A DNA stretch of 63,926 nt, filler included, from Intoshia linei (GCA_001642005.1; 8 parts of 8 records of this genome joined end to end with filler, not necessarily neighbours in it), one strand, 5' to 3'. Positions 1-14,582 are shown, numbered from the whole stretch's first letter. The notes: generated by a model from the sequence alone, not told the origin. A program made the numbers and translations.

Positions 1-1297
1 ATTTAAAACCGTGACTATATTATTAATTTCGTATTATATTGTGGACAAATTTAATTCTCGTTTATATTGGTAATTAAAATTACGTGTAACTTAGTGCAAA
101 ACGTTAATGCGTATTAATATTATTTATTAATCCGCATAAATTGTCGTATTTAAGCCTACTCCATAGTTAAAATATTATCATATTATTTAATTCAACGAGA
201 TAAATTATAAATTTGTATGTAAGTTTAGTTTTGACAATATATTATTTTATTTATCGTTGCACCATTATGTGGCATTATGATTATGGATTTGTACAATTTA
301 TTAAACGTCATTTTAATCAAGAAATAATAGAATATTATGAAAATTATCATAGGAAATGTTTTCAAAAATACATTTGGCACTTCTGATAAACCAAATATTA
401 TGGGAATAGATTTTATCACGATATTACGAAAATAAAGAATTAAATAATGAAGTATAACATTGTAACCGATTGAGCCGAAAGAGCTTTACAAAAATATTAA
501 CGATCATTAAATTTGTACACAAAAGAAGAAGAATATAAAAATACAATGATGATTTTTAATACATTTTTATATAAATGCTTGGATTAATTACATTCCCGTT
601 TATAATATATTTTGGGTTAAAATTTATAAAATCTTTTATTTTGTTGGTATATTGCGTTAAGGATATATAAAATTTAGGTTGGATTATGACAACTTTAAGT
701 CTCTTATAAAAGTAGACTAAAATTTTAATGGTATAATCAGTTACATTCTTACGTATATTAATAACTATAATTAAATGTTTTAATTCATTAACGAAAACTT
801 GTCATATGTGTACTTTGTTCTGGGATTGATGTGATAATTTTCTCATGTCATACTCAACTTTTATTTAATTAGAAATAAGATTAAAAGAGCAGAAAATTCC
901 AACTTGACTGGACTTGAATTCCAATAAAGAAAACAATAAATAAACGTTTATTAATTAAATCCATAGAAATAAAAGATTAGTAATCGTAGACTACGATTCG
1001 TAGTTATCAAATTGAATGATTTTGTATGTAAATGGTACTACATTACGTTTATTACGCTTTATATTGTCATTATCGCAAACTATAAATTGTTGAATCAAAA
1101 TTGTTTACGAAAAGAAACAATATAATCATCACAAATTAACAACTAGGCGCCAAAACTATCTGGTTGCACCGCAATTGAATTGTAAGTTTAATTAGATTCT
1201 ATGAGTATATAAACTACATTATCGAGTTTAGACGTAGTTTTTCTATTTCTATAACATTTGGAAAATAAATAGATTTAACAAGCATTAATTTGAAAGC

Positions 1298-4200
1298 ATG
1301 CCATTATTGAACGGAGTAGAATTTATTAAATACGCATTACCATCAAATACACCAGCCGATACCAAAATTTTTTATTACACAGTGACCAATGAGGCCTTCA
1401 TAGATTATGAGTAAATTTTTTATTTCCGAATGTAATTTCTTTTAGATTATTTTTCAATCGCGTCGTTTTGTGCAATAGTTTGGTTTGGACTTGTTCATTG
1501 ACCTTACGACCACATTTAACTTATGCAGATTCTTTGAGAAGTGAACACAAGGCTTTACGTTTGCTCGGACGTATTCCATTTGAATTAAGAAGATCTATCC
1601 TATTAATGGTACCTCTGACGAAATTTAAAGCATTTAACCAACTTTCTGCGATACTATTTGATTTTGTAAAACAATACTATTTTAAGGACGAATTAATCGA
1701 ATGTAATTTAAATATGCATTCTGAAATTCAAGATATTAAAACCACTGGACGGATCACAAATGTTAGGTGCATTGATTCATTAGACGATAGTAACGAGCCT
1801 GATAGAAATCCGCCAAATCTTATTTATACAGTTCAATTAGAGGACTCGAATCTAGATTCAGACCATGAAAATGAAAAAACTAAACTACAAGTAAACCAAG
1901 AAAATATATGTCGTATACGCGGTCAAATTTCTCATGAACGCTGCAGAATTCTTTTACTTCATTATTGTCACAGGGTAGAAGGAATTTATACACTGAAACC
2001 TAAAACAATTGATGAGTATTTTTTAAAAGATGCCAAATTTTGTGAAGTTTTCATGAATGATTACCTAAATGTGTTTACTACTGACATGGGAGGAACACTA
2101 AAGTCTAAACAAGAACGTCAGCGGGAACTGAATTTGGAAAAATTTGAAAAGAAACAAAAATTTGCACAAGATAAAATCCAAACGAAACAACAAATTGAGA
2201 TGAAAAAAGAGGAACGAAAAAAACTTATCATAGATGAAAAGAATAGAAGAAAATTGCAACTACAGCAAATGAAAATCCAACAAAAAGTGGAAATGCAATT
2301 ACAAAAGTTGAAACAAAAAATAAAAAATTATAATACTGATGACTTGGAAATTGAACAACACTGTGGGCTATCAAAACCTTTAATCTACAAACCAAAACAA
2401 CATGAAAATCAATTATTTGAAGCTTCTTTGGTTATTGCAGATTTTTGTCAAAAATTTTCCAAACTTTTTGAAAAATACGATTTAACGCTACCTCATATAA
2501 CAGAAACAGACTTATCCAATTTATGTTATAATTATTCTGAAAATTCTATTTATTATGAAATTATTATTTCTTTGGTTAATTTCATTTCTCAAGCTTTTGA
2601 CGTTCAAATTAATGAGGATTACATCAAGGAAAATAAAAAAGTTAATCCAAATTTTAATCAATTTTATTTTAAATACGTTCTAACAATGAATGTAAAGTTT
2701 GATTCTTTTTTGTTGGATTGTATGAATATCAATGAATATTTATTATTAGTTTTTAATTTTATCCAAGAATATTACATTTCACAACCAGTTTGCGATATTA
2801 TTAAAGTTTTGTCAGATTGTGAAGTCAATCTTCTTGGGGAATTAGAGAGACTGATACTGGTCAATAAGATATTTGATGTGTTTCTAGACATTCCAGAGGT
2901 TCATTCTTATGTTGAAGATGGTATCACCGAATATGCCAATACTAAAAATGAGTTTAAGAATTTTCAAAGTAATGAAAACAAAAGAATAAAATTAAGAATG
3001 TTACATAAAACCAATGATGTTTCTAAAGAAGTTGACAAAAAAGTCGAAGAAAATATTAGTAATACTCGAAAAACTGAAACTATTTGCCAAGGATATCTAG
3101 ATTCTGATCCCAATGCTATTGATTGGTTAAAAGTAACAGATTCGGAATGGATTGTTATGCGAGAAAAGTATACACAATTAGATACAGATTGGAGAAACAA
3201 ACTTAAAAATGCACGTGATATAACGAGAATTTTACCTTTAGGTCGCGATAAATTCCATAATTACTACTGGAATATTCCTTGTCTTAAAAATGTGATAATG
3301 TGCGAATTCACCGATTTCTACAAATCATTTACTGGCAATCAACAACCTTATTTACATCCAGATGACACTGATCATGATTTTTTCATTGTTCAATCTGCAA
3401 ATTCCGATGTACATGAATCTTTAAATAATTCAAATCATATTACTGAAAAAGGTATTACCGAGGAATTGATGAATGGTACAGGATCGGTCTTAACCGGCAG
3501 TAACATTACAAAGTGTGCATTTGGCTTATACATTGGAAAAAATCATGTCAATTCCTTATACAATTCTTTGAGTTCAAATGGAGAACGTGAAAAAGCATTA
3601 AAAAAGGTTATTGAAATGAAAATGGAACAATACTGTGTAACAGACGATGAAGATAATGCATCCGTTTTCGAATTATTTTCGGATCCTATAAAAGTGAAAG
3701 AATTAACAAATGTTCAACTATATGTAAGTTACATTGTCGCAGCTGTTGAAGAATTTGCATTCAAACTTGTCAAGGGAGGGTTGTGTGGTAAGGTAACAGA
3801 TAGTGGATATGATCAATATGTGAAAACATTATCGTCAAATTCAACGTTGCAAGAAATAAAACAATGCGTTTTTTGGCTGAGTGAAATCATTTGTTCCAGA
3901 TTTCTCTATAAACCACTTGGAGTTTCTAAACTTCATAATCGCAAAGGGGTGAAAAAGATGCGTGGAGAATACTATGATTCAAAGGATGTAAAACCATTTA
4001 TAGAATGGTGCAATCAATTAGAAGTAGCAAACAATTTTTCTAAAGTTAAATTTTTGTTGGATATTTTCGATTCTTCTGTAATATGGAAACTTTCTATTGG
4101 AAATTCCAAGTGTAGTGTCTGTAATCGTTCAGGGAGTGAGGATTGTCTTTTACTGTGTGATTGGTGCAATTATGGATTTCACACTTTTTGCCTCCTACCT

Positions 4201-4895
4201 AAAATTTCAGAGGTTCCAGAGAACGATTGGTTTTGTACTTGGTGTGAAACAAATTGTTTCGAGTTCATATTGGAAGAATTTCCTAATGCTTCTAAAAGAA
4301 AAAAGAGAAAGAAAGAAAAACGTGGAAGAAAAAGAAAAAACTCTTCTAGTGCTACCAATGGGTATACTAATGGGTCTTCTTTAGTTCACACCAAATATAG
4401 AAAAGTTTTACATGACGAAAGAGGTTATATTAGTATTAATTATTTTTATTATATTTTAGAAGAATTGATAAATTTCATGCTAATAAATGTGGATCGAAAT
4501 CAAATCAACACTTCTGGCAAAAAAATTATTAAAAAGTTAATTTATCACAATGATAGTTGGCCCTTCCAAATTCCAGTAGACACCAAAATTGTAAATTTCA
4601 AATTCATTTTATAAAAATAGGAATAATTATTTATTTTATAAACCCATATCTTACATTATTATTTTAGTATCCAGATTACACTAAAATTATAAACAGACCC
4701 ATGGATCTGAAACAAATGATAGATAAATTAGATACGTGGGCCTACAAAAATTGGTCTGATTTTGTGTCTGATATTTTTTTAATTTTCGACAATTGCTGTA
4801 TATACAACAAGGACAATTCTGATGTATCCAAAGCAGGAAAATCTCTAAAAAATTATTTCTTAACCCAAATGAGAAAATTACAAGTTACTGACTGA
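1298..4895 (+). CDS. BAZ1A: BAZ1A/ACF1 chromatin-remodelling subunit (WAC-DDT-WSD-PHD-bromodomain)
   Basis: Exon 1 1298-1410 (MPLLNGVEF...TVTNEAFIDY, WAC start), 35-nt GT-AG intron 1411-1445, in-frame continuation ELFFNRVVLCNSLVWTCSLT; PLGRDKFHNYYW motif; PHD finger CSVC...LLLCDWCNYGFHTFCLLP...WFCTWC; bromodomain split by intron 4591-4667 (SWPFQIPVDTKI|YPDYTKIINRPMDL...FDNCCIYN); probable extra intron 4424-4459; TGA at 4895. Confidence 0.93.
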
Positions 4896-5590
4896 GTGTC
4901 TGTTTAGATAATTTATGTATAAATGGTATTGTATAAACTTTTATGTATGTTGTAAATCTTGAGTATTATTTAAATAAAATAATTAAATATTAACGTAATT
5001 ATATTATAAGAATCATTTAATCTGTTTCTAAACCTTTTTTCATTGTTAACCATATTCTAAAAAATTTGGTGGGCCATCATAAACTAACGTTTCCCAATTG
5101 TCACTTAGCGGAAGAAATTTTATTAACGAATATACTTAAATTTCAATAGTTATTTATTTATAATTATATATTGAAACAAGAAATAAAAAAAGTAAATTGA
5201 CAGTACAGAAAACATTGATTTAATCCCTATCTTACTGTACCTCAGTTATTCAGTTGATTCCTTTCTTTGTGAAATGCTATTAATTACAGAAAATTTGACT
5301 TCAACCAATCCAACATACATCGAAATTATATCATTGAAGATTTGTCAATTAAAAAATGTGTAGATTCGACGCAGTAATGAACCCCGCTACGTGGAGCCTC
5401 GACGAAATTTTTATAATATGGAGACATCATTTTGCCAAAGTGCGCATTTCAAAATTTTATTCTTTTAAACAAGAAATACAAAAAATCCTTGACGATTAAA
5501 ATTTATAAAATAAATGAGATCGATAATTAAAAAAATAAATACATATGTCTGATAGGGGAAATGTATCCTAGTTGCCGTAATAATATATAG

Positions 5591-5798
5591 CAGTGGTTCT
5601 CAAACTTGGGTCCCGGGGGTCCGCAAGTTTTAACAAAATTTTGAATTATAAAAAATAAATTGATTTTTTAAATAATTTGTTACTATTAATTTAAACAATT
5701 AAAAATACAAATCGAATTAAATAATTTTTTTTGGACATGTTTTATTTGGGGGTCTGCGAGCAAAATTAAAAATGGACTAAAAAGTTTGAAAACCCCTG
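5591..5798. mobile_element. Non-autonomous hAT (Buster/Charlie-type) MITE
   Basis: TIRs CAGTGGTTCTCAAACTT / AAGTTTGAAAACCCCTG; perfect 8-bp TSD ATATATAG at 5583-5590 and 5799-5806. Confidence 0.88.
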
Positions 5799-6016
5799 AT
5801 ATATAGATATTGATTCATATAAAGGATAATTGCATTTTTTATATCTATATATTTCCATATTAGAACTATTTTAGGCATCCAATCTATTGTTAATAAATAA
5901 TTAAATATTGTGCATCTAACAAAACAAACAAATTCGATTATATTTATAATGAAAGGTACCATTTACCCTAACTAACAACCGAATATCAATTAATCAAAAT
6001 ATTTTATTATTATAAT

Positions 6017-6693
6017 TTATTCTTTCAAATCTTTGTTTTTCATAACTTCAAAAGATAACGCAACACTAATTTGGCTGATTGGAACAACTATTAGTGAAGA
6101 CACCATTCCAGTTTGATAGAAAAAGTTTACAATTTCTACTGTAAATTCCACAGCTAAAACGAATACCGCGCCTGTTAAAAACATTTCTAATGATAAATTA
6201 GTAATTTACAAAATGTATATTTACTTATATTGTGCCCAGTTGTAACGATATTTTCATGCATAGTAACTATCACGTAAATTGGGTATGCAAAGCTAATTAG
6301 ATTAAGAATAGATAAAATGATGTAACTTCGTCTATAAAAAAATTATATATTTATATTGCATACAAACCCTATAATGACTGCTATCAAACTGTGTACTTCA
6401 TAAATTGCTAATGGAGCCAATAATATATAAAAGAAAGCTTCTTTTTCTGTTTTACTCTCTGAATTTCTCATTCTATAGGCATTATCTACTGTTTTCTGAA
6501 AAATGCTTCCCCATTTCACTGTATTCATTTTATATGCTAGTAAAGCAACATTTTGAAAACTACCTATTGTTACATCTAAAATTTATATTTGAATTATTAA
6601 TATGTAGTAAGTACCCTTCACTTCATTTATACTAGGTAAGCCATGGATAGCTGCGACAAACACGAAGAAGAATACAAAAGTTAATTTGTTCAT
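6017..6693 (-). CDS. Small multi-exon membrane protein of unknown family
   Basis: Signal-peptide-like start MNKLTFVFFFVFVAAIHG; exons separated by short GT-AG introns read as FFYILLAPLAIYEVHSLIAVIIG, RSYIILSILNLISFAYPIYVIVT and MFLTGAVFVLAVEFTVEIVNFF...VALSFEVMKNKDLKE*. Confidence 0.6.
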
Positions 6694-7323
6694 ATAATTT
6701 TTTTTTATGACTTCAAAAATAATACAGGAATAGCAAATACAGCTTGACAAATATTTAATTAAAATGCTAAGCAATATGATGTATAAATATGCAATTAATA
6801 TTACAAAATAAAAACATTTTATGGTGTTTTCATCAGAAAATGGTTTTTAAGCTATTATAATTTGTTTACATTTACAATTTTTGAATATAATTGTAGCTGA
6901 TTTGTGGACGTTTAGATTTTATATTCATAAATCTTGGATTAAATGTAAGGTTGTGATGTTTTTTTGTAAAAATTTTTTTAATATAAAAACAACTTTTAAA
7001 CTCGATTTAAGAAAAATTACTCGAAAAATGATCTGTATAATTATTAATTATACAATAAAATTTGTTATATTTGAAAATTAAAATACTGTTTCTTACTCAA
7101 ACATTTCAGGAATATCAGCAATGTTGATTATACATATATCCACAAATATGTTATACTTACGTCATATTTAATAAATATAAAATTAATTTCAAATTATTAA
7201 AAATTCAAAACTTTTTCTAGTAAGACGTATGATCTTACCTAGACGCGAATCTATCAAACTTGACACCATCGAAAATAAAAATATGCCCTTAACAAAAAAT
7301 TTTGCAAGCGGTTCGTAGTTATA

Positions 7324-8443
7324 TATAGATTTTCAACCTTTAACGTAACTTTTTCACGAATTGCGTTGCTATTGCAACCGATGACATTTCTTTTTCAATC
7401 TTTATCGTTTTTACATGAAAATTTGAATGCATAAAATTATATCAAATTAATTTTGTTAAATTAAATTAAATGTTTTTAATTTGATATATAATTAATTAAT
7501 AATATAATTGTGTGGTTAGTAATTACATATTTTTAAATAAATTGCATAAAGTTTTATTTAGATGACTAATTTATATACAATACAGATTTGCCAGAAATTG
7601 CGAGAATTTCGCAATTTTAATGGTTACGAACGAATTTTACAAGTATACATTTGAATTAGACATTCCATAACTTTCATGATGCAAGTGAATAATNAATAAT
7701 TTAATCATGAAAACATTTATATTTTGATTAATTAAACTAAAAATTAAATTAAGTTTTTAGTTTTACGTTAACAATTTTTATTTATTTTGTGATTTTAACG
7801 CTTTATCGCCTTAATTTTTATAATGTTTCTCAATATTTTCATCAGAAAATGTTATAATTTATCTTAAAATATGATTTCTAATTAGTAAAAAAATTAGTTT
7901 ATATTAATGATAGTCATTAAAAATAAATTCTAGAGCTTTAGAGATAAAATTTTTTAAATTATTGGAATTTTTGGTTCATACAAATTTGTTAAGAAAAAAT
8001 AAATAATTCAAAATTTCGTTAAAATGGAATTTCCGCTAACATAATGTATATCCAAAAATTCAGGTTAAATTTAAATTTCTACAAATATATAAACAAAATT
8101 TTTAACTATTGAAACTAAATTTATGATTAATTCATTGCAGTATTTCAACAAAAAACATCTGTACACATCGAAAACAAAAATTTCAAAATGATCGATTTTA
8201 AATAAATAAAATCTGGCAACTTTGATACAGTACATAATTTTATTTGAATAAATTATTAAAATTAACAATAAATTAAATTATATATCAAATAAAAACATTT
8301 AATTTAATTTAACAATAAATTTGATATAATTTTATGCATTCAAATTTTCATATAAAAACGATAAAGGTTGAAAAAGAAATGATATCGATTGCAATAGCAA
8401 CGCTATATTGTGAAAAAGTTACGTTAAAGGTTGAAAATCTCTA
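7324..8443. mobile_element. Non-autonomous element with long terminal inverted repeats (foldback-like)
   Basis: About 7324-7500 is the imperfect reverse complement of about 8270-8443 (GATTTTCAACCTTTAACGTAACTTTTTCAC / GTGAAAAAGTTACGTTAAAGGTTGAAAATC); no ORF inside. Confidence 0.75.
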
Positions 8444-8823
8444 TAATGATTTTTGGCGTATTTAAAATCTCAGATAAGGTATTTTGGTGTATAAGGGTTA
8501 ATAGGAGTTTACGAATTATATAAAATAGTTGAAGGGGCCATAGCCAGAAAAAAGTTAACACTTATGCTTAAAATTAAACTTTTTTCATCGAATGAAAACA
8601 GAAAAAAAGTTTATTGATAACATTGTCATAGAATATTTGTTTTAAATTCTGAATGGTTTCGGTAGAAGAAAAATTACATCTTATCAAAAGAAACTTACAA
8701 GTACTTTTAGTTAGTTATATACAGTTGTAGGGATTGTAATAAAGACTATGAGTTGTACTAAACAAGACTAAGTAATTTAATATTAAGTTTAACAAGTGAT
8801 AATATATTCTGAAATTGATTATG

Positions 8824-8923
8824 NNNNNNNNNNNNNNNNNNNNNNNNNNNNNNNNNNNNNNNNNNNNTTAATTAATTAANNNNNNNNNNNNNNNNNNNNN
8901 NNNNNNNNNNNNNNNNNNNNNNN
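8824..8923. other. Assembly spacer N44-TTAATTAATTAA-N44 (also 17554-17653, 31364-31463, 35129-35228, 45176-45275, 51541-51640, 60837-60936)
   Basis: Seven identical 100-nt N runs with a central six-frame-stop linker. Confidence 0.98.
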
Positions 8924-9679
8924 ATACATAATCGTGATCAGCGCATAAAAATACATCTATAGGCAAATATACTTTTTAATCTTTAAAAAAGTGGACACCC
9001 TAATAGTACATGTAATTTAATTTAAAATATAAGTCAGCTTATTTATTTGAATGTCTGTATGTTCCAGTTTACTTAAGAAAATTAGAAAAGTCAAGTTTTA
9101 AAAATTCCATATTTCGAGAAAGTTTTTCGAGAGTGATGTTTTATCGCAAATTTGATTTTCAGAAATTGAGTCCTTCAAGGTTAAAAACCACAAATTATCG
9201 TTTTTTAAAATTCAAACCAGTCCTAGAATAATAGAAAATACACAATCTGATAAAGATTTTAACACCATCAACATTATAAATTTCAATTTGAAAATATTAT
9301 ATCTTCATGACCAGAACACCAAATTACCCTTTTTTATAAAAATGCAAAATTTCCTAGATTTTTATACAACATAAATAGTGGGATAGGTTTTAAAATAATA
9401 AACATTGCTATAAATTGCAATCCCAAAAAAGTTAATTTTCACGATCAAAACCACAGATTACCCTTTACTTAAAAATGAAAATAGTCCTAGAATTTTAAAA
9501 AACATTATTTTTCTTTCAGTTATATCCAGTTTACAAACACAAATTTCAATCTGACTTAGTGACAACTTCACGGTCAAAAAAGTACTTTATTATTCATTTT
9601 TTATCTCAAAACTGTTTTATAAAACAAAAAAATTTAAAAAAGATTATTCTGATAGAAATTGTAGGATCAATATTTACAT

Positions 9680-10354
9680 TTTCAATTTTTATTTTAATCG
9701 AAATATTTTGAAAAATGATAGTTGAAAATATATTAAAAATTATTTTTCACTGAGAATGCTAGGATTTGTGGGATTGAAATTTTATATTTATATCAAATGG
9801 AATAAGCGCTATCAAAATAATTTTTTTTTTTAAATTTTCGGACAGTTAATTATTTTACATTTTTTGTTTTAATAAAATATTTCGGAAAAAAAATGTATGA
9901 ATACTAAAATACTTTTTTGACCGTGAAGTCGTTACTTATTCGGATTGAAATTTGTTATGTGTGTTAACAGGATACAACTGTACCACCTGTAAATTTGAAA
10001 TTCTAGGGCTGTTTTTAAAAAAAGGAAGGGAAATTTGTGGTTTTGGCCTTGAAGATATAATTTTTTTAAATTTAAATTTATGATAATATTTATGATTTTA
10101 AAATCCGTATCAGCGTATATATTTTTTTAAATTCTCCAGCTCGTTTGATTTTCAAAAAGAGGGACAACTGGGGTTTTTGACCCGTAAGATGTGGAATTGG
10201 GAGGTTGAAATTTATTTATTATATGTCTCGGAAAAAACTGTAATTGAAATGTAGTCTTTAAAAAATTCTAAGACTGGTAGTTATTTAAATAAAGCGTAAC
10301 ACACAGACAGACACACACAAACAAAAATCGCGTAGCATATTATATAAGTTAGGA
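9680..10354 (-). mobile_element. Non-autonomous Helitron-like repeat, 5' part
   Basis: Minus strand starts A|TCCTAACTTATATAATATGCTACGC followed by a GT-rich microsatellite; body matches 50891-51540, 47610-48040 and 34801-35128. Confidence 0.7.
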
Positions 10355-11065
10355 TTTCATGTGTATTTAAAGAAAGTAAGGAATAAAAATTAACTTTTTT
10401 ACTTCATTAGGGTCTCAAAACTGCAAATAAACTAATTTTGATCAACTTTAAATAATAATTTGTTCCTTATCATCGAATAGTTAATAGTCGCCAAAAATGA
10501 GTTCATATTGTTCCATATCTACAGTTCACACTGTATTACAATTGTATTTGTATTTGTCAATTTATCAATTTGTATGTATTGGAATTTAAGCTATTTTAAC
10601 AATTTTTAAAATTTTATACAAAAATGCTAACCAAATAAAATTAAGAGGGAATGTTTATGAGTGACTTGTTTAAATAATTGTTAATAATGAGTAGCATTTT
10701 TAATGTATTCAATAATGATTTTATTATTGAATTTATTTTTTTGGTAGAATTAGATAAGTCCGCCCTCAACAGAGCTAGATGCTCTTTGTACGTAGTACAA
10801 AACAGCCAAGCTAGTTATAATATAAAATACAAAATTAACATAATGTAATACAAAAATATAATCATAATAAAAATTTTACTACATTCATTCATTTAATAAT
10901 AATTCATTAATTAATACATTTTAATTGTAATAATATTCATTGAACTTAAATTTTAATTGATAAATTTTACAATTATGATAAATTTCGTTTATAGGTAATA
11001 TAAACGTAATTTCTATGTATAAAATATGGTTACACTACATAAATACATCATTCAATAAACGTTAC

Positions 11066-12319
11066 CTGCGATATCGCACGATTGGATATTCTCCTAAAGT
11101 AGCGCATAATGTAGCCAATTGTTCAGCGGCCCTTTCCAATTTTATACGATTCATATTACATGATGTATTGTAGTAATTACAAAATAAATCTTCATCGTCC
11201 AATAGAAATACCTTGAATATTAGTATAATAATAACGGAATTAATATTAATATAAACTTTAATGATTATAATCATTATACACATTTTGTATTATAATTATA
11301 TTAAACTATTGCGATTATTAATCCAAACTATATATACATTTGAAATTTTTAGTACTACGTACTCAATATATAAATATATTTTAGTACAGATCAAAATTGA
11401 TTTAAATTTCTTGGACCTAATTCGACCTCGATGCGGCACAGCTTATAACGACGTCATTTAGAGAAAAAAAAATTTTTAACTGGACTAGACAATTCCAATT
11501 TAAAACCACATCGACTTTCCTGTACTTTTTGGACTTTATTATTTTGATACTTGATTATTTTGATATTCCACAAAAATTATACATGTAAAGCTTACAAAAA
11601 ATGAACGCATTACCATAAGAGCCACTTGGGCTTAACGATCAGGTTTAAATTCATTGATACAATGCTGGCATATTGCAAAATAAATTGTAAAATAATGCAA
11701 GTGTATTGAATTCCATGATAATATAAATTATATTAACTAGAAATTTACCTGACTTTCATAGGGTAAAAACGACATGTTAATTTCTTTAAGAGTTTCCATA
11801 TATTTACCAGCTGAAGAATTGCAAATAGCGTTAAACAATTCGTCAGGACATGCTATATTGTTTATAAAAAGAAAAAATTGCAAAAACCTTCTGTAAATAA
11901 AATGTGCAATTTTTTGTATAATCGTTTATCACCATTAAAATCAGAAAATATACGTTCAACGCCCTAAAAATTTCGAAAATGAAATGCATAGAGTTAATTT
12001 AAAAATAAATTACATCAGCAGTAGGTTTCATAAGATAGATAGCTTCCAAATTTGGAACACATTGTCGTTTTTTTGTAATATCCTCAACAACTAGATTGAA
12101 ATAAAATTAAAAACATAATGCATAATCAATTACGAGTAATGTAGTGATTGGTTAAATCTGTCATTGAAAGACAATTTGATGTCATTTTTGTTCCCAATTG
12201 GTCCAAAACCAAAATTTTCCATTCGTTGTTTATGTTTTTAAATTCGTTTAAAAGTTCTGAGAAATAAGTTATATTAAATTGAAAATATTACTATTCCTGA
12301 CACAACTTTTCAGAGACAT
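11066..12319 (-). CDS. STXBP1: Sec1/Munc18 family protein (unc-18/Rop/STXBP1-like), first six exons only
   Basis: Spliced: MSLKSCVRN | [35 protein letters not shown] | [24 protein letters not shown] | ...KKLHILFTE | [13 protein letters not shown]...[14 protein letters not shown] | VFLLD...[24 protein letters not shown]; 3' exons not visible before the 8824 gap. Confidence 0.92.
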
Positions 12320-13320
12320 TATATTGACTATATACTGATGAATCTAATTATTCTTAAAATTATTTCAGTAGTTGCCACATTAACTATACATTGCAAATAA
12401 AATATTTGCATTTAACATTAATATTGATTTTTTTATAATTTTATTACAAGCCAATACATGTACAAATTTGCAGCATATATAGATCGTTAGATCGATAAAG
12501 TGGGACGTATAAATCACAACTATTATGAAACATCTTTAATTTAAAGATCGTGTTTTATATGCATTCATTTGTTTATTTACTGATTAATAGCATGTAAAAT
12601 ATTACTTTATTGACACATCAATGAGCAATTAAATTATTAAATTCAAATTAGGTTTGATGGAAAATTTTTATCTAGATCAGCCATCTCAAACTTGCGACCC
12701 GTTTCAAATTTAAGTGCTACCCGCCGTGACTTTGTATCTTAGGATGTCATATGTATTCAAGAGTACTGTACGTTTGGTGTATTCATAAAAAAAAAACTTA
12801 ATTTTAGTTTATAGACATCAAAAGTCACTATTCCAGTGCGCACATAATTTTAATTATCTGCTGCTAGTGGTATTATTATTGTATTTTACATACCTACAAA
12901 AATTAGATTGGTTACATACATTGACCGTGAATTAGATAATGACACCATTAATCGACTTAACATTAATAATAATAATAAATTTCAGTTCAAAATATTAGGT
13001 GTATTTTGAAATTGTAGAGCAGGTCGATATTTTTGTAACAATATTAAACACAAACACTACACATGTTATTTTTATTGCATTTCTCATACCGTAGGGTCTG
13101 TATTTTTTTAATTTCTAAAATTCGATCAAAAAGTTAACCCTTTAACTAACTCCTTTAAAGGATTGATAATAGTGAATAGGGGGATTTTCAACGTGCATTT
13201 ATTTTTTTGGTAGAATAAAATGTGCCCTCGGCAGAGCTAGTTGTTGTTGGTACGTAGTACATAACATCAACCTAGTACTAATATATAACTTAGACTTTCT
13301 AAGTTAGACATACATATTAA

Positions 13321-13534
13321 CCCTTTCACTGTCTGATGCAATTTTATGTACGATCATCACACGTCTGGAATTTGTTTTAATTTAAATTTGTATTATTTTT
13401 AAATTACCTATGTGAAAATGTATGAAAATAAAAGAATAAAGTTTTTCAAAATTATGCTGTGTGTATCATAGAATACACCAACGTGTGAAGTGAAATTGAT
13501 GTGTATAGTATAGAATACACAGACAGTGAAAGGG
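13321..13534. mobile_element. piggyBac-type MITE
   Basis: TTAA|CCCTTTCACTGTCTG ... CAGACAGTGAAAGGG|TTAA; right half repeated at about 61315-61414. Confidence 0.88.
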
Positions 13535-14582
13535 TTAAACTATTTTACTTTAGTTATCTAGATATGATAAACTTGTTTCAGGTAAACAAAAATAAAAGTC
13601 TCATTATTCTTACAATATTCTTTTGATTACATCGTTTTGTTGCTTTTATGTATTTGAGAAAAATATTGATTTAAAAGAAAAACATAATATAAATTTTATC
13701 AAACACAGCTTCTATGTTCATTTTTACTATTAATGTTATTATTGATTATGTTCAATATCAATAGGGTGATTTTTAAAAATATTATTACATAATATGTAAA
13801 ATACAATTTTTACGTTAACTTCTAAAGTATCATTTTTTTTATGTTTTTTTTATGTGCTGGAAATAATTGATCTATCAAATGGGTGTTAAATTTAAAAAAG
13901 AAGACTAATAAATATTACTATCACTGATAACCTATCACGAACAAATTGGCTCTACAATTGCAAATGCAAATTTACACGAATTTATCGCTTTGACTTAAAC
14001 AAATTCAAAGTTATTTATGTATTACATATATACTACTGTATATAAAATTAAAAAATAATATAATTATTACTGTTTCACTGTTTATATCAGTCGATAAAAT
14101 TAAATTACACAGTATGGAAAAAATGTCTTTTTATGTTTTTATTATTTTTTAAACCTCCCCGACCCAGCTGAAAATCGCCCACTTTGATAATCCCAGGTCT
14201 TTACCACTGCCAGTTTTCTTTACACAAATTATAGATATATGAGTTCGTAAGGTGCATTAGTTTGTAATTAAACATTTAGATATACATGTATTAACATGTA
14301 AATAAAGTTATACACAGTACATTATATGGATAAATTAGTCATTCATTTGTATTATTATGTTAAAATTTATAATCATTTTCTATATTATTGTAATTGTAGT
14401 TTTTGCCAAATATAAAGTTGTCAAATCCATTGTGGTAATTATTTATAATTATAATATTTGTTTATTAGCGTGTTTCACCGAATGAAACTAATCGGAGATT
14501 AGTTGAGAAACAATTTAAGTTCATATAAGAAATTATTTAAAAAATATTTTGGAACAGGAACAGTATTTGTAATATTCTCATG

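Noticed and set aside
225-540. Hydrophobic 64-aa minus-strand ORF
   Set aside because: No recognisable motif or consistent splice structure; expected by chance in AT-rich DNA.
2964-4384. ORFs 2964-3200 (-) and 4097-4384 (+)
   Set aside because: Shadow frames of BAZ1A; likewise 32441-32740, 42632-42889, 29476-29727 and 57986-58216 shadow real ORFs.
8824-8923. Recurrent palindromic TTAATTAATTAA inside N runs
   Set aside because: Artificial scaffolding linker with stops in all six frames; not biological.
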